Shown here: piece by piece, positions 26,791-35,707 of the stretch
Numbering within the stretch: position 1 is the first letter of the stretch
How the letters are laid out: each line of letters starts with the position of its first letter
Source of the DNA: a virus
Lineage: Duplodnaviria > Caudoviricetes
DNA: 64,000 bases
IMG/VR virus record: IMGVR_UViG_2827231811_000003
Location: 930 to 64,929 of that record
Direction: 5' to 3' (one strand)
Program-made: the position numbers and the translations under genes
The notes under the pieces: model-generated
Database searches by the model: none
What the model was told of the DNA's origin: nothing
The model's input: the letters and a program-made list of their open reading frames with translations, nothing else

Positions 26791-28118
26791 GCCGCCACCT
26801 GTGCGTGCTTGGCCTTCCACATTTCCAGCGCCTCGGCGAGTGTCCATTGGCCGAGCGGTCCGCCGTATTGCAGCTGGTAGGCGTAGTGCTCGTCGTCGCA
26901 GGGCTTGCGCGAGTGCAGCTTGATGCCGGGTACGCCGCGGCCGTATTTGCCGGACGTGGGGTTGTTGGTGAATGCCGTGGTCGACCAGGTCGTGACCCGC
27001 TTCGACAGGGCGCGCTGAACTAGGGTCTGCGCCTCCGACGAGATGGCGGCCATGACGATCAACTTCGACAGGCGTTTGTAGCTGGTCGGCGCGACGGAGA
27101 AGTCCGACATGAGGTACGCGTCGAGGCCGAACTTCGGCGGCAAGTACCCGAACGCACCGATGATGCGGCCGCCGGAGGACACGGCACACGAGAACAACGG
27201 CTGACCAGGTGCGATCCCTCTCGCCAGGTACGCCGAGCGCAGCGAGTTGAACTGGCCGCCGCTGAGGGGGTGGAGGGTGAGGTCGTCGCCGATCTCTTCA
27301 CCGGGGCCGAGCCTGGGCATGAGCACCGGCTCGACCTTCTGCCGCGGGCCGACCCACCGGTGCCGTCCCGGCTGGGCGTAGACCCAGAACGGGCGCGCTC
27401 GCGGCCCGACCTGGACGTAGCCGACCCGGTGTTCTTCCAGCTCCGGGGCCTCGTTCAGCAGCCCGAGAATCCAGTTCGGCCGGTCGGTGATCAGCGAGAT
27501 CATCTCGTCGCGGCCGTCCTCGCCGAACTCCTCGTAGACGGGCGTGGGCCAGTCGAAGTGGTTGGTGATGCCGGCGAACATGGCCTCGTAGCCGCCGGCG
27601 TCGAACGGCGGGAAGCTCGCGAACGGCGCTTCGCGCGGCACGTCGTCGCGTAGGTAGTCCAGCACGTCGCCCGCGGTGAAGCTGGCCAGCTGCAACGTGG
27701 TGGCCTCGATCTTGGCGACGGTGTCGGCGTGCATCCGGTCGAACTGGTCGCGATGGGCCTGAACCATGCGCTGGTGGTAGCGGCCGGTCTTGCCGACGAA
27801 CTGGAGGAACCGGGTGCCGATCATCAGCGTGGCGAGGGTGCCGGCGCCGTCGTCGAGGTACTGGTCCAGCCAGTCCAGCTCGTCGCGGGAGTCGTCGGCC
27901 ACGCGGAACGGCAACGGCTGGCCGGAGTAGTACCAGCCCAACGCGCAGGAGTAGGCGTTGACGTCGTTGGAGTGGAGCCGGAATCGGCCCTGAGCGGCGA
28001 GGGTGCGTTCGATGGTGAGGTTTCCGGAGCAGCCGATGTAGACGTCGCCGTCGGGCCACGAGCGGGCGTGTTCGGCCACGATGGACCGCATTTCGGCAGG
28101 GATCGTGCCCTGGAACAT
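26787..28118 (-). CDS. Putative DNA-modifying enzyme: methyltransferase-like N-terminus plus GNAT/Mom-like C-terminus
   Basis: VYIGCSGN, HSNDV and FPPF; C-terminal GRIIGAFGY..YLMSDF..RLSKLI..TTAFT; GGAGAAGG SD. Confidence 0.6.
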   Translation of the reverse strand: MFQGTIPAEMRSIVAEHARSWPDGDVYIGCSGNLTIERTLAAQGRFRLHSNDVNAYSCALGWYYSGQPLPFRVADDSRDELDWLDQYLDDGAGTLATLMIGTRFLQFVGKTGRYHQRMVQAHRDQFDRMHADTVAKIEATTLQLASFTAGDVLDYLRDDVPREAPFASFPPFDAGGYEAMFAGITNHFDWPTPVYEEFGEDGRDEMISLITDRPNWILGLLNEAPELEEHRVGYVQVGPRARPFWVYAQPGRHRWVGPRQKVEPVLMPRLGPGEEIGDDLTLHPLSGGQFNSLRSAYLARGIAPGQPLFSCAVSSGGRIIGAFGYLPPKFGLDAYLMSDFSVAPTSYKRLSKLIVMAAISSEAQTLVQRALSKRVTTWSTTAFTNNPTSGKYGRGVPGIKLHSRKPCDDEHYAYQLQYGGPLGQWTLAEALEMWKAKHAQVAA

Positions 28119-28151
28119 CGAATGCTCACCTTCTCCCGGTAGGTGAGCGTC

Positions 28152-28169
28152 CGGCCACGATTTCGCCAG
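28152..28169 (-). promoter_or_regulatory. Late-gene motif upstream of the modification operon
   Basis: Exact 18-mer ending 34 nt before ATG 28118. Confidence 0.7.
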
Positions 28170-28182
28170 TCGACGCCAATCG

Positions 28183-28254
28183 AGCGCCGGGCCGGAATCG
28201 AACCAGGTAGCTCCCCACCGGGAGTGGGGTGTGTTGCCGTTACACCACCAGCGC
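28183..28254 (-). tRNA. tRNA-Gly (anticodon CCC), no encoded CCA
   Basis: Manual cloverleaf: GCGCTGG/CCGGCGC acceptor, GTGT/ACAC D-stem, CCCCA-CTCCCGG-TGGGG anticodon arm, GGTTCGATTCC T-loop, U73; one C49-C65 mismatch. Confidence 0.75.
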
Positions 28255-28318
28255 ACGTCGAACGGGTCGGAGAGTAACACCCGACGCCGACATGGTCTTA
28301 CACTCGCTGGCACCGGGT

Positions 28319-28335
28319 CTGGCGGATCGTGGCCG
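28319..28335 (+). promoter_or_regulatory. Late-gene motif upstream of small terminase
   Basis: CTGGCGGATCGTGGCCG, 41 nt before the start. Confidence 0.65.
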
Positions 28336-28375
28336 CCGGTAGCACTGCACATGCGCGCTACCGGGAGGCCGCTCG

Positions 28376-28921
28376 ATGCCGTATCGCCGTGATCCTGAGC
28401 GGGATGCGTGGGACCGCCAGCCTGGCGAACCTGCTGAACAGTTCGACTGGTTCACCCACTACCGCAACGAGGGCCACCGTCGGAGTTACCAGCGCACGGC
28501 CGACAAGTTCGAGGTCACGCTGGCCCGTGTCCGGGGCGCGGCACAGCGCTACGAGTGGCCGCTGCGGCTCGCCGAGTTCAAGTCGGACCAGTCCCGGCAG
28601 ATCCGCGAGCGGTTCGACGATGTGATCGAGCAGGGATTGGCCCCGTTCGCGCAGGCGTTCGCCCGGCTGTCGGCGTTGGCGGTGCAGAACCCTGGTGAGT
28701 CCGTGCCGCCGGATCGGGCGTTGCAGGCCGCCACGTCGGCGCTGCGGGTGGCTCGTGAGCCTGAGGTGCAGGCGCTGATCCGCACGCACGGCGATTCGCA
28801 GGACCAGTACCTGATCGGCGACACGATCCTGACCGCCCTCAACGCCCACCCGGAGGCGAAGGCGGCCGCGCTCGAAGCGCTCGAAGCGCTGGACCAGCGC
28901 ACCCACGGCGGAGGCGAGTGA
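28376..28921 (+). CDS. Terminase small subunit-like protein
   Basis: WDRQPGE..FTHYRNEGHRRS..W pattern; precedes the ATPase. Confidence 0.6.
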   Translation: MPYRRDPERDAWDRQPGEPAEQFDWFTHYRNEGHRRSYQRTADKFEVTLARVRGAAQRYEWPLRLAEFKSDQSRQIRERFDDVIEQGLAPFAQAFARLSALAVQNPGESVPPDRALQAATSALRVAREPEVQALIRTHGDSQDQYLIGDTILTALNAHPEAKAAALEALEALDQRTHGGGE

Positions 28922-28924
28922 GCC

Positions 28925-29728
28925 GTGCGGATCGTCTCCAAGCTGCTGATCGAGCATCACCCGCCGCTGGTGATGGCTCGTTCCGGGCTGTCGCCGGACG
29001 TGTGGCAGTCCCGCCTGCTGCACGACCGGCCACATCGGGCGATCGTCGTGTGCTCCCGGCAGGCCGGCAAGAGCACCGTGTGCGCGGGCAAGGCGCTGCA
29101 CCGGGCATTCACCGACCCGAACGCCGAGATCGTGGTCGTGTCACCGACGCAGCGGCAGTCCACGCTGCTGGTCAGCAAGGTGCGAAGGTTCGCCGAAGCG
29201 CTCGGGATCGAGCTGACCCGGGACGCGGCGACGTTCCTGCGCTTGACCAACGGGTCGACGATCTACGCGCTGCCCGGCCACGCCGACACGGTGCGCGGCT
29301 ACTCGCCCGAGCTGCTGATCATCGATGAGGCTGCCTACACCGCCGAGGACCTGTACACCGCGTGCCTGCCGATGTTGGCCGCGACCGGCGGCGATCTGGT
29401 GGCGATCTCCACACCGCGAGGCCGGGACGGGTGGTTCTGGCACGAGTGGAACGGCGAGGGCGCCGACGGGTGGGAGCGCATCGAAGTGCCGTACACCGAG
29501 ATCTCGCGGATCTCCGAGGAGTTCATCACCCAGCAGAAGGCGTCGATGTCGGCCGAACGGTTCGCCGCCGAGTATGAGTGCAGCTTCAACAGCTCGACGT
29601 TCGGCCTGTTCAACGCCGCCGACATCGCGGCCGCCGGCCCCCGCCCGTTGCCGGACGAGGGCGGGCTGCCAGACCCGTGGCAGATCATGGCCCGTAACCG
29701 GGCTCCGTTCCAGGCGGCCGCGTCATGA
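28925..29728 (+). CDS. Terminase large subunit, ATPase domain only
   Basis: SRQAGKST Walker A, LLIIDEAA Walker B, ISTPRG coupling motif; only 267 aa. Confidence 0.85.
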   Translation: MRIVSKLLIEHHPPLVMARSGLSPDVWQSRLLHDRPHRAIVVCSRQAGKSTVCAGKALHRAFTDPNAEIVVVSPTQRQSTLLVSKVRRFAEALGIELTRDAATFLRLTNGSTIYALPGHADTVRGYSPELLIIDEAAYTAEDLYTACLPMLAATGGDLVAISTPRGRDGWFWHEWNGEGADGWERIEVPYTEISRISEEFITQQKASMSAERFAAEYECSFNSSTFGLFNAADIAAAGPRPLPDEGGLPDPWQIMARNRAPFQAAAS

Positions 29729-30537
29729 CCCGCGAAGTCCGCACCGATGCGCCCGACGCGCCGGACGCGCGCGTGCTGGCGCTCGATGTCGGCGCCTACG
29801 GCCACAAGGGCTCGATCTCGGCGATGTTCTGGTACCGCCAGGGCGGCCACCTGCACGCCCACGCCTCGGACCTGTTGCCGCCGGAGGCGACGGTGCGCGA
29901 CCAGCTCGACGTCCTTGAGGGGCTGGCCGAGTCCTACCCGGAGTACTGGCGGGTCTCGCCCGTGGTGGTGATCGGGGTGACCGTGCTGTCGGGAGAGGGT
30001 CGTCGCGAGGTCCGTCAGCACCTGGCCGACTGGTACAACCCTCCGACCCGGCGACGGCTGGTCGCGGTCGGCGACTACGCCGGCGAACAGTCCGGCGGCC
30101 GCGGTCTGGTCCCGCGGAAGAAGCTGCGCGACATGATCGCCCAGCGGCTCACGGCGCACACCCTGCATCTGACCAGCACGCAGCAGGAGGCGGTGTCGCT
30201 CTACAGCGGGCGGCGAGCCCGGCCGGTGCATGACGCGGACATCGACGGGTGGCGCCACGACGACACCGACGCGATCGCGTTGCCGGTGGCGCTGTCGTGC
30301 CTGGCGGCCCGGTCGTTGCTGCCGCCGCCGATGCCGACCGCGGAGCAGCGGTGGCGGCAGAAGGACCGGCTGGTGCGGGCTTGGCAGATCGAGATGGGCC
30401 TGTCCGAGCAGGAGGCCCACGAGCAGGCCCACCGGCACGGCCATCCGCGCGCGTTCCAGGCCACGACGACGAGCGTGTCGATGGCCATGCCCTCCCCTGA
30501 CGTTCCTGCTCTGAACCTGCCTGTGAAAGGGGCGTGA
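29725..30537 (+). CDS. Degenerate terminase-nuclease-like protein
   Basis: LALDVG and HDDTDAIAL retained; IDATG replaced by IGVTV; ATGA-coupled to the ATPase. Confidence 0.55.
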   Translation: MTREVRTDAPDAPDARVLALDVGAYGHKGSISAMFWYRQGGHLHAHASDLLPPEATVRDQLDVLEGLAESYPEYWRVSPVVVIGVTVLSGEGRREVRQHLADWYNPPTRRRLVAVGDYAGEQSGGRGLVPRKKLRDMIAQRLTAHTLHLTSTQQEAVSLYSGRRARPVHDADIDGWRHDDTDAIALPVALSCLAARSLLPPPMPTAEQRWRQKDRLVRAWQIEMGLSEQEAHEQAHRHGHPRAFQATTTSVSMAMPSPDVPALNLPVKGA

Positions 30538-32012
30538 CCGTGGCGAACATGGTGGACCGCATCGCGGGGTTTCTGGCCCCGACACCGCACGAACCGGGCG
30601 TGGAGGACTGGGTGCCGCCGGCATTGTCGGCGGCCGCGACGACGCCGCCGCAACCGACCACGCCGAAGAAGGCACGGTCCACCCCGCAGTCGCAGGACTG
30701 GCAGGAACGGGCGTGGGCGTTCTACCGCGCCAAAGGGCCGGCACGGCAGGCGGTCGACTGGCTGGCGAATGGCATCTCCCGAATGCACCTGTACATCGGG
30801 CAGATCAAGACCGACGGCGTGGGCGATCCCGAACCCGTCCCCGACCCCGGACTGGCCGGGGAAATCCTGGCCGAGCTGCACGAGGGCCGGCTGGGGCAGC
30901 GAGACATGCTGCACCGGCTCGCGGTGCACCTGCTCGTGCCGGGCGAAAGCTGGCTGATCGGCTACCCGCGGCCGCCCCAGCCCGGCGAGAAGAAGGACCA
31001 GACCACCGATCGGGGCACCGCGTGGCAGGTGTGCTCGCGCAAGGAGTGGGAGCTGGGCTCGGTCGGCGATGACACGGTCACCGTCAAGATCCCCCGACAT
31101 CCGAAGGCGGACGATGACGGCTGGGTCGAGTTCCCGTCCGCTGACGTGGTGGTCGTGCCGATCTACCAACCCGACCCGCAGGACGCGACGCGATCGACGT
31201 CGCGGTTCGAGTCCGCGATGGACGACCTGGCCGAGCTGGACGGCCTGTCCCGACGCACCGCGGCCGACATCAAGTCCCGCCTGGCCGGTGCTGGCCTGTT
31301 GCTGTTGCCCGAGTCGGCGACCGTGCCGAACCCCGGCATGTCCGAAGGCGGCGGTGTGGCCCCGATCCACGGCGATCCGCTGGTCGCGGCGCTCACCGCC
31401 GCGGCGAGCACAGCCATCCAGGACCCGGACTCGCCGTCGGCGACCGTGCCGATCACCGCGACCATCGCCGACGAAGCGATCGCGAAGATGCAGCACCTGA
31501 ACTTCTTCTCGGAGTTCGATTCGCAGGTCCCGACGTTGCGCGACGGCGCCCGCAATGCCGTCGCGGTGGCGCTCGACGTGCCGGCCACCGTGGTGCAGGG
31601 CATCGAGGACCTGAACCACTGGTCAGCCTGGTCGGTGCAGGAAGACGCCATCCGCACCCACCTCGGCCCGTTGGTGTCGCTGATCTGCGTCACCCTGACC
31701 CGCGAAGTGCTGTGGCCGGCGCTGCGCGCAGCCGGTCAGGGCGACGTGGAGAACATCGTGATCTGGTGGGACGCCTCGGAGATCGAGCTGCGCCCGGACC
31801 GGTCGCACACCGCGATCGAGGCGTTCAAGCACCGCATCATCGGCGGCGAGGCCACCCGTCGCGAACTCGGGTTCGACGAGGACGACGCGCCCGCTCCCGG
31901 CGAAATGCCGCCGCAGTTCGCCGACCCGCCCGGTGGCGGTGTCGGCCAGTCCGGGCCGCCGGATGCGCAGGAGTCCGACCAGCGCGTTCGTCAGCAGATG
32001 AACTCCGCGTAG
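30534..32012 (+). CDS. Portal protein (cluster-B-like)
   Basis: WQERAWAFY, SRLAGAGLLLLP and NHWSAW motifs; follows terminase. Confidence 0.8.
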   Translation: MTVANMVDRIAGFLAPTPHEPGVEDWVPPALSAAATTPPQPTTPKKARSTPQSQDWQERAWAFYRAKGPARQAVDWLANGISRMHLYIGQIKTDGVGDPEPVPDPGLAGEILAELHEGRLGQRDMLHRLAVHLLVPGESWLIGYPRPPQPGEKKDQTTDRGTAWQVCSRKEWELGSVGDDTVTVKIPRHPKADDDGWVEFPSADVVVVPIYQPDPQDATRSTSRFESAMDDLAELDGLSRRTAADIKSRLAGAGLLLLPESATVPNPGMSEGGGVAPIHGDPLVAALTAAASTAIQDPDSPSATVPITATIADEAIAKMQHLNFFSEFDSQVPTLRDGARNAVAVALDVPATVVQGIEDLNHWSAWSVQEDAIRTHLGPLVSLICVTLTREVLWPALRAAGQGDVENIVIWWDASEIELRPDRSHTAIEAFKHRIIGGEATRRELGFDEDDAPAPGEMPPQFADPPGGGVGQSGPPDAQESDQRVRQQMNSA

Positions 32013-32153
32013 CTCTCGCCCTCTCGCCCCGGCCGGGTTCCGGTCGGGGCTCTCGTTCGTCTTTCACGGCTCGCGTGATGAGTGCTTATCCGACCCGCTG
32101 AATGCCTATTAATCGAGGTACCTCGCATGAAACCCGAACCAAGGAGGAGACGA

Positions 32154-32483
32154 GTGACGAACACCGACGAGATCAGCGACGGCTTTCACACGTTCGGCGA
32201 GCTGTACGAGTACCGGATGCTGTACCACGCGCACGCCGTCCGAGCGTGGGTCCAGCTCGGTTGGCCGGTCTCGAAGTCGTGGCGCCATCACGACGGTGAG
32301 CTGTGCTTCGGTGGCGGCTGGTTCATCGTCGCTGCGCAGTTGCCAGCGGGGCAGGTGTCGAATCACTACCCGGCAGATGATTGGGAGCTGTTCGACTGTC
32401 CCGAGGTTGAGGTGTCTCCGCTGTGGGATGGGCACACGCCGTCGGAGGCGGCGGAGCGGCTGAGGAGTCAGCTCGGCTCATGA
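32154..32483 (+). CDS. WDGH-domain phage protein
   Basis: SDGFHTFGELYEYR, GWFIV, GQVSNHY and WDGHT motifs; AGGAGG SD. Confidence 0.75.
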   Translation: MTNTDEISDGFHTFGELYEYRMLYHAHAVRAWVQLGWPVSKSWRHHDGELCFGGGWFIVAAQLPAGQVSNHYPADDWELFDCPEVEVSPLWDGHTPSEAAERLRSQLGS

Positions 32484-32665
32484 AATACACCCCAGAAGAC
32501 ACGCGCCCCGACGGCCACATGTGGTTCAAGAAGTTCGCTGACGCCATCGGCCAGGCCGACCGGCGTGCTGCGCTGACCCGGTACCGCTACCGCGTCTACT
32601 ACGACCCGGCGAATCGCTGGTGGAACATCCGCGCGACGCACCGGCCCGTGGAAATCGATGACTGA
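32480..32665 (+). CDS. Small hypothetical protein
   Basis: ATGA overlap. Confidence 0.5.
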   Translation: MKYTPEDTRPDGHMWFKKFADAIGQADRRAALTRYRYRVYYDPANRWWNIRATHRPVEIDD

Positions 32666-34034
32666 GAACCGTCCGCACCGCCTGGCGGTGCTTCGTGAGC
32701 GCGTCGCTGAGCTCTCGTTCCCGTCGACGCCGTCGTCCGAGGTGTCGGCGTTGCTCGGGGAGTGGTTGGGCGAGGTGTACGCCAGGTCGGTGGCGACGGG
32801 CGATACGTACTGCTCGCATCTGGGTGCGCTGCTGGGTTGGTGTGCGGCCGAGGCGGTGGATCCGGTGTTGTTGGATCGGCGGGCATCGGCTCGGCTGGTG
32901 GATTGGTTGGCGTCGGCGCCGTCGCCGTCGACGGGCCGGGTGCGGACGCCGTCGGCGATCAACGGCGTGCTGTCGGCTGGTGTTCGGTGGCTGAGGTATT
33001 GCGAGGCGGCCGGGCAGCGGCCGGAGGGTCCGATTCCCCTGTCGAAGGTGGATCGGCCGTCAGTGAGTCGCTCAGGGCGCAGCGCGCGGTTGCGGCGGGA
33101 TGACGTGCACCGGCTGGTGTTGGCGGCGCGTGAGGATCACGTGCTGGGTGGGGTGCAGGCCAAGGCCATCTTGGCGACGTTGGCGCTGGTCGGGGTGCGT
33201 CCGACGGACCTGTGCCGCCTCGACCTTCACGATGTACACGATGCCGACGGCGGGACGTATGCGCTGGACCTGACGGGCAAGGGTGACAAGAAGCTGGTGC
33301 GCTGGGTGCCGCGTGTGGTGGCGGCGGACTGGTACGCCTACCTGTCGCGGGCGCGTGTCGAACCGGCGTCGGGTGAGGCGCTGCTGGTGCATCCGAGGCT
33401 GTACCGACGAGTGAACCGTGACGACGTGTTGGCGTTGGTCAAGCGGGCGGCGAGGCGGGCGGACGTGGCGGACCCGTGGCGGTTGACCGCTCGCGACTTC
33501 CGGCACTACTTCGCGACGGCGACCCGTTCGGTGTCGGATCTCCAGTCCCGCCAGCGGGCGCTCGGTCACTCCAGTCCGGCGACAACGGAGCTGTACGACG
33601 ACACGGCGTGGTCGATGGAGCTGGACCCGGCGATCCGCCTGGCCGCGGTGCACGACGACTACCCGGCTGAGGAGCTGACGCGCCCGTTGGCGCACGCCAT
33701 GCCGGCCACGCCGGTGGCGTCCGGGAAGCACGAGTGCGACTGCACGCCGCAGTGGAAGAACGCGCGCGTGTGGGCCGAGGCCGTCGGTGTCGACGAGTGG
33801 TGTCGCATCGAGATCACCGAGGCGTACGGGCCGGGTGTGCTGGCGGCGCTGCCGAATCCGGTGTGTGCGACGTGTTCGGCGACCTATCTCGGACCGTTCC
33901 GACTGCGGGCGGACCGGTCGTTCGATGCGCAGGCTGCGGAGATGGTCGACGAGCAGCTGCGCGAGTGGGACCGGTATCCGGAGGCGATGCAGCGGTCCGC
34001 GGAGCGTCGCCGCGACGTCGGGGACGAGTCGTGA
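32658..34034 (+). CDS. Second tyrosine recombinase with Cys-rich C-terminal extension
   Basis: GVRPTDL, GKGDK, RDFRH and LGHSS..TELY; CDC and CATC downstream. Confidence 0.8.
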   Translation: MTENRPHRLAVLRERVAELSFPSTPSSEVSALLGEWLGEVYARSVATGDTYCSHLGALLGWCAAEAVDPVLLDRRASARLVDWLASAPSPSTGRVRTPSAINGVLSAGVRWLRYCEAAGQRPEGPIPLSKVDRPSVSRSGRSARLRRDDVHRLVLAAREDHVLGGVQAKAILATLALVGVRPTDLCRLDLHDVHDADGGTYALDLTGKGDKKLVRWVPRVVAADWYAYLSRARVEPASGEALLVHPRLYRRVNRDDVLALVKRAARRADVADPWRLTARDFRHYFATATRSVSDLQSRQRALGHSSPATTELYDDTAWSMELDPAIRLAAVHDDYPAEELTRPLAHAMPATPVASGKHECDCTPQWKNARVWAEAVGVDEWCRIEITEAYGPGVLAALPNPVCATCSATYLGPFRLRADRSFDAQAAEMVDEQLREWDRYPEAMQRSAERRRDVGDES

Positions 34035-34089
34035 GCGCGTGACCTGCGAATTCACCCGCCCGCACCACTTCCCCATCCTTGAATATCGT

Positions 34090-34109
34090 GTTATGATGAT
34101 TATATCAAC
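34090..34109 (+). promoter_or_regulatory. Early promoter/operator box, copy 4
   Basis: GTTATGATGATTATATCAAC. Confidence 0.7.
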
Positions 34110-34142
34110 AGGAACTGTTGACCCGGATGAATGGAGATACAC

Positions 34143-34613
34143 ATGAGCTTCGACCTGGTTCTGCGTGGCGAAGCTGGCCGCGGCCCCAACGGCAGCGACC
34201 TGCACTGGAACAACCGCGGGTTCGCCGTGGTCGTCGACGACCTCCTACGCCTGGGCATGGCCTTCGACCTGCCCCACGGGGTCGCGTTCCCCAGCCTTCC
34301 CGGTTCCTACGACGACCACATCGGCGTCGACGAGAACGGCGACGAGTACGGCATCACCAGCGAAGGCCAGGCATGGCTGGAAGAACACGAGAAGCTGCTG
34401 CGCTGGCACGGCGACGACGATGACCGCGCCGGTATCCCGCTGCACAAGCTCAGCTCGAACGACGGCTGGGTGGTTACCGGCTGGGAAGCCGCAACCGCCA
34501 TCGGCTGCTACTGGATCGCCCGCGCGCAGGGCTACGAGCACCCCGAGTCGTTCGACTCGCTGATCCCGTTCCTCGAGCGGGCCGCAGCCGGAGATGGATT
34601 CGAGGTGCACTGA
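34143..34613 (+). CDS. Hypothetical protein
   Basis: GGAG SD after the early box. Confidence 0.6.
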   Translation: MSFDLVLRGEAGRGPNGSDLHWNNRGFAVVVDDLLRLGMAFDLPHGVAFPSLPGSYDDHIGVDENGDEYGITSEGQAWLEEHEKLLRWHGDDDDRAGIPLHKLSSNDGWVVTGWEAATAIGCYWIARAQGYEHPESFDSLIPFLERAAAGDGFEVH

Positions 34614-34615
34614 CC

Positions 34616-34846
34616 ATGCGACACCCGCGCACTCAGATCGTGGTCTGTGCCTGCGGCGCGGAATCGGAACCGTCCGAAGACGACAACTGGCTGACCATGT
34701 GGGAAGGCGACCACACCCAGTTCGAATGCACCGCGGTCGTCGGATGGCGATGGGAACCCCGGCTCAAGAGCTGGCTGCCGCCGTCGCTGCCGGCCATGAC
34801 CCGCTACGACGTCGACCCCGCCGCATACCTGGGGAGGTCGGCATGA
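34616..34846 (+). CDS. Hypothetical protein
   Basis: In operon; Cys/Trp-rich. Confidence 0.5.
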   Translation: MRHPRTQIVVCACGAESEPSEDDNWLTMWEGDHTQFECTAVVGWRWEPRLKSWLPPSLPAMTRYDVDPAAYLGRSA

Positions 34847-35268
34847 ACCGCACACCGCCCCCTCCCCTACTCGATGGGCCGCGGTGCCCGCTGTGCTTCG
34901 ACGGCACCGTGTACGACGGATACGGCCACCTGTGCCCCTCGTGCGAAGCCTGGTGGGAAACGCGGACCGCTGACGGCCAGTGGTGCGAACCAGACGCGCC
35001 GCGGTGCACGGCGACGTGCCAGCCGTACCGGCACGCCATGGTCACGATCGGCGACGCGCTCCGCCCGTCGATCAGAGCACTGACGTGGCGCTGCGACCTC
35101 CGCAGCGAGCACGGCGAATGGCACCGCACGCTCCACCTGCCCGGCCTCGCCTGGGACGACGACGGGCACGCGCACACAACCCTGCCGGACGTTCCGCCGC
35201 TCGACACCACCACCGGTGTCCCCTGCGGCTGCCGTCGGCCCGAACTTGCAGAAGAGGTGTACGAATGA
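34843..35268 (+). CDS. Cys-rich putative Zn-binding protein
   Basis: CPLC, CPSC and CDLRSEH motifs; GGAGG SD. Confidence 0.55.
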   Translation: MNRTPPPPLLDGPRCPLCFDGTVYDGYGHLCPSCEAWWETRTADGQWCEPDAPRCTATCQPYRHAMVTIGDALRPSIRALTWRCDLRSEHGEWHRTLHLPGLAWDDDGHAHTTLPDVPPLDTTTGVPCGCRRPELAEEVYE

Positions 35269-35510
35269 CCGTCCACCACGCGACACGACTGCGGACGTAC
35301 GAGCAGGACACGTCGATCTACGTCCTCGGCACCACCACGATCACCGAAGCATTGGCGGCCTTGCCGGACGACGTGACCCACTGGGCCGGAACGTTCCCCG
35401 GCCAGTACGTCCGCCGCCAGGGTCAGCTACGTGGTGCCAGCGACCTGCACCCGCCGAAGGACGCGCGGCCCGGTGTCGCGTTCCTCGGAGTCAAGCGAGG
35501 CCGCGAATGA
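35265..35510 (+). CDS. Hypothetical protein
   Basis: ATGA overlaps on both sides. Confidence 0.55.
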   Translation: MTVHHATRLRTYEQDTSIYVLGTTTITEALAALPDDVTHWAGTFPGQYVRRQGQLRGASDLHPPKDARPGVAFLGVKRGRE

Positions 35511-35707
35511 GCCTCGACTACATCCGCAGGCACTACGGCGTGCCCGCCAAGCGCGGCGGCCGCATCCGCGATTACCAGGGCCGCTCCGGCGTCATCACGG
35601 GCGCGGCTGACGCGTCCTTGACTGTCCGTCTCGACGGCGAACGCCGTTCCGTGCGCTACCACCCCACATGGCAAATCACGTACGACGAGGAAGAACGGAA
35701 CCCATGA
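35507..35707 (+). CDS. Small conserved phage protein
   Basis: YIRRHYGVPAKRGGR..HPTW pattern. Confidence 0.6.
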   Translation: MSLDYIRRHYGVPAKRGGRIRDYQGRSGVITGAADASLTVRLDGERRSVRYHPTWQITYDEEERNP

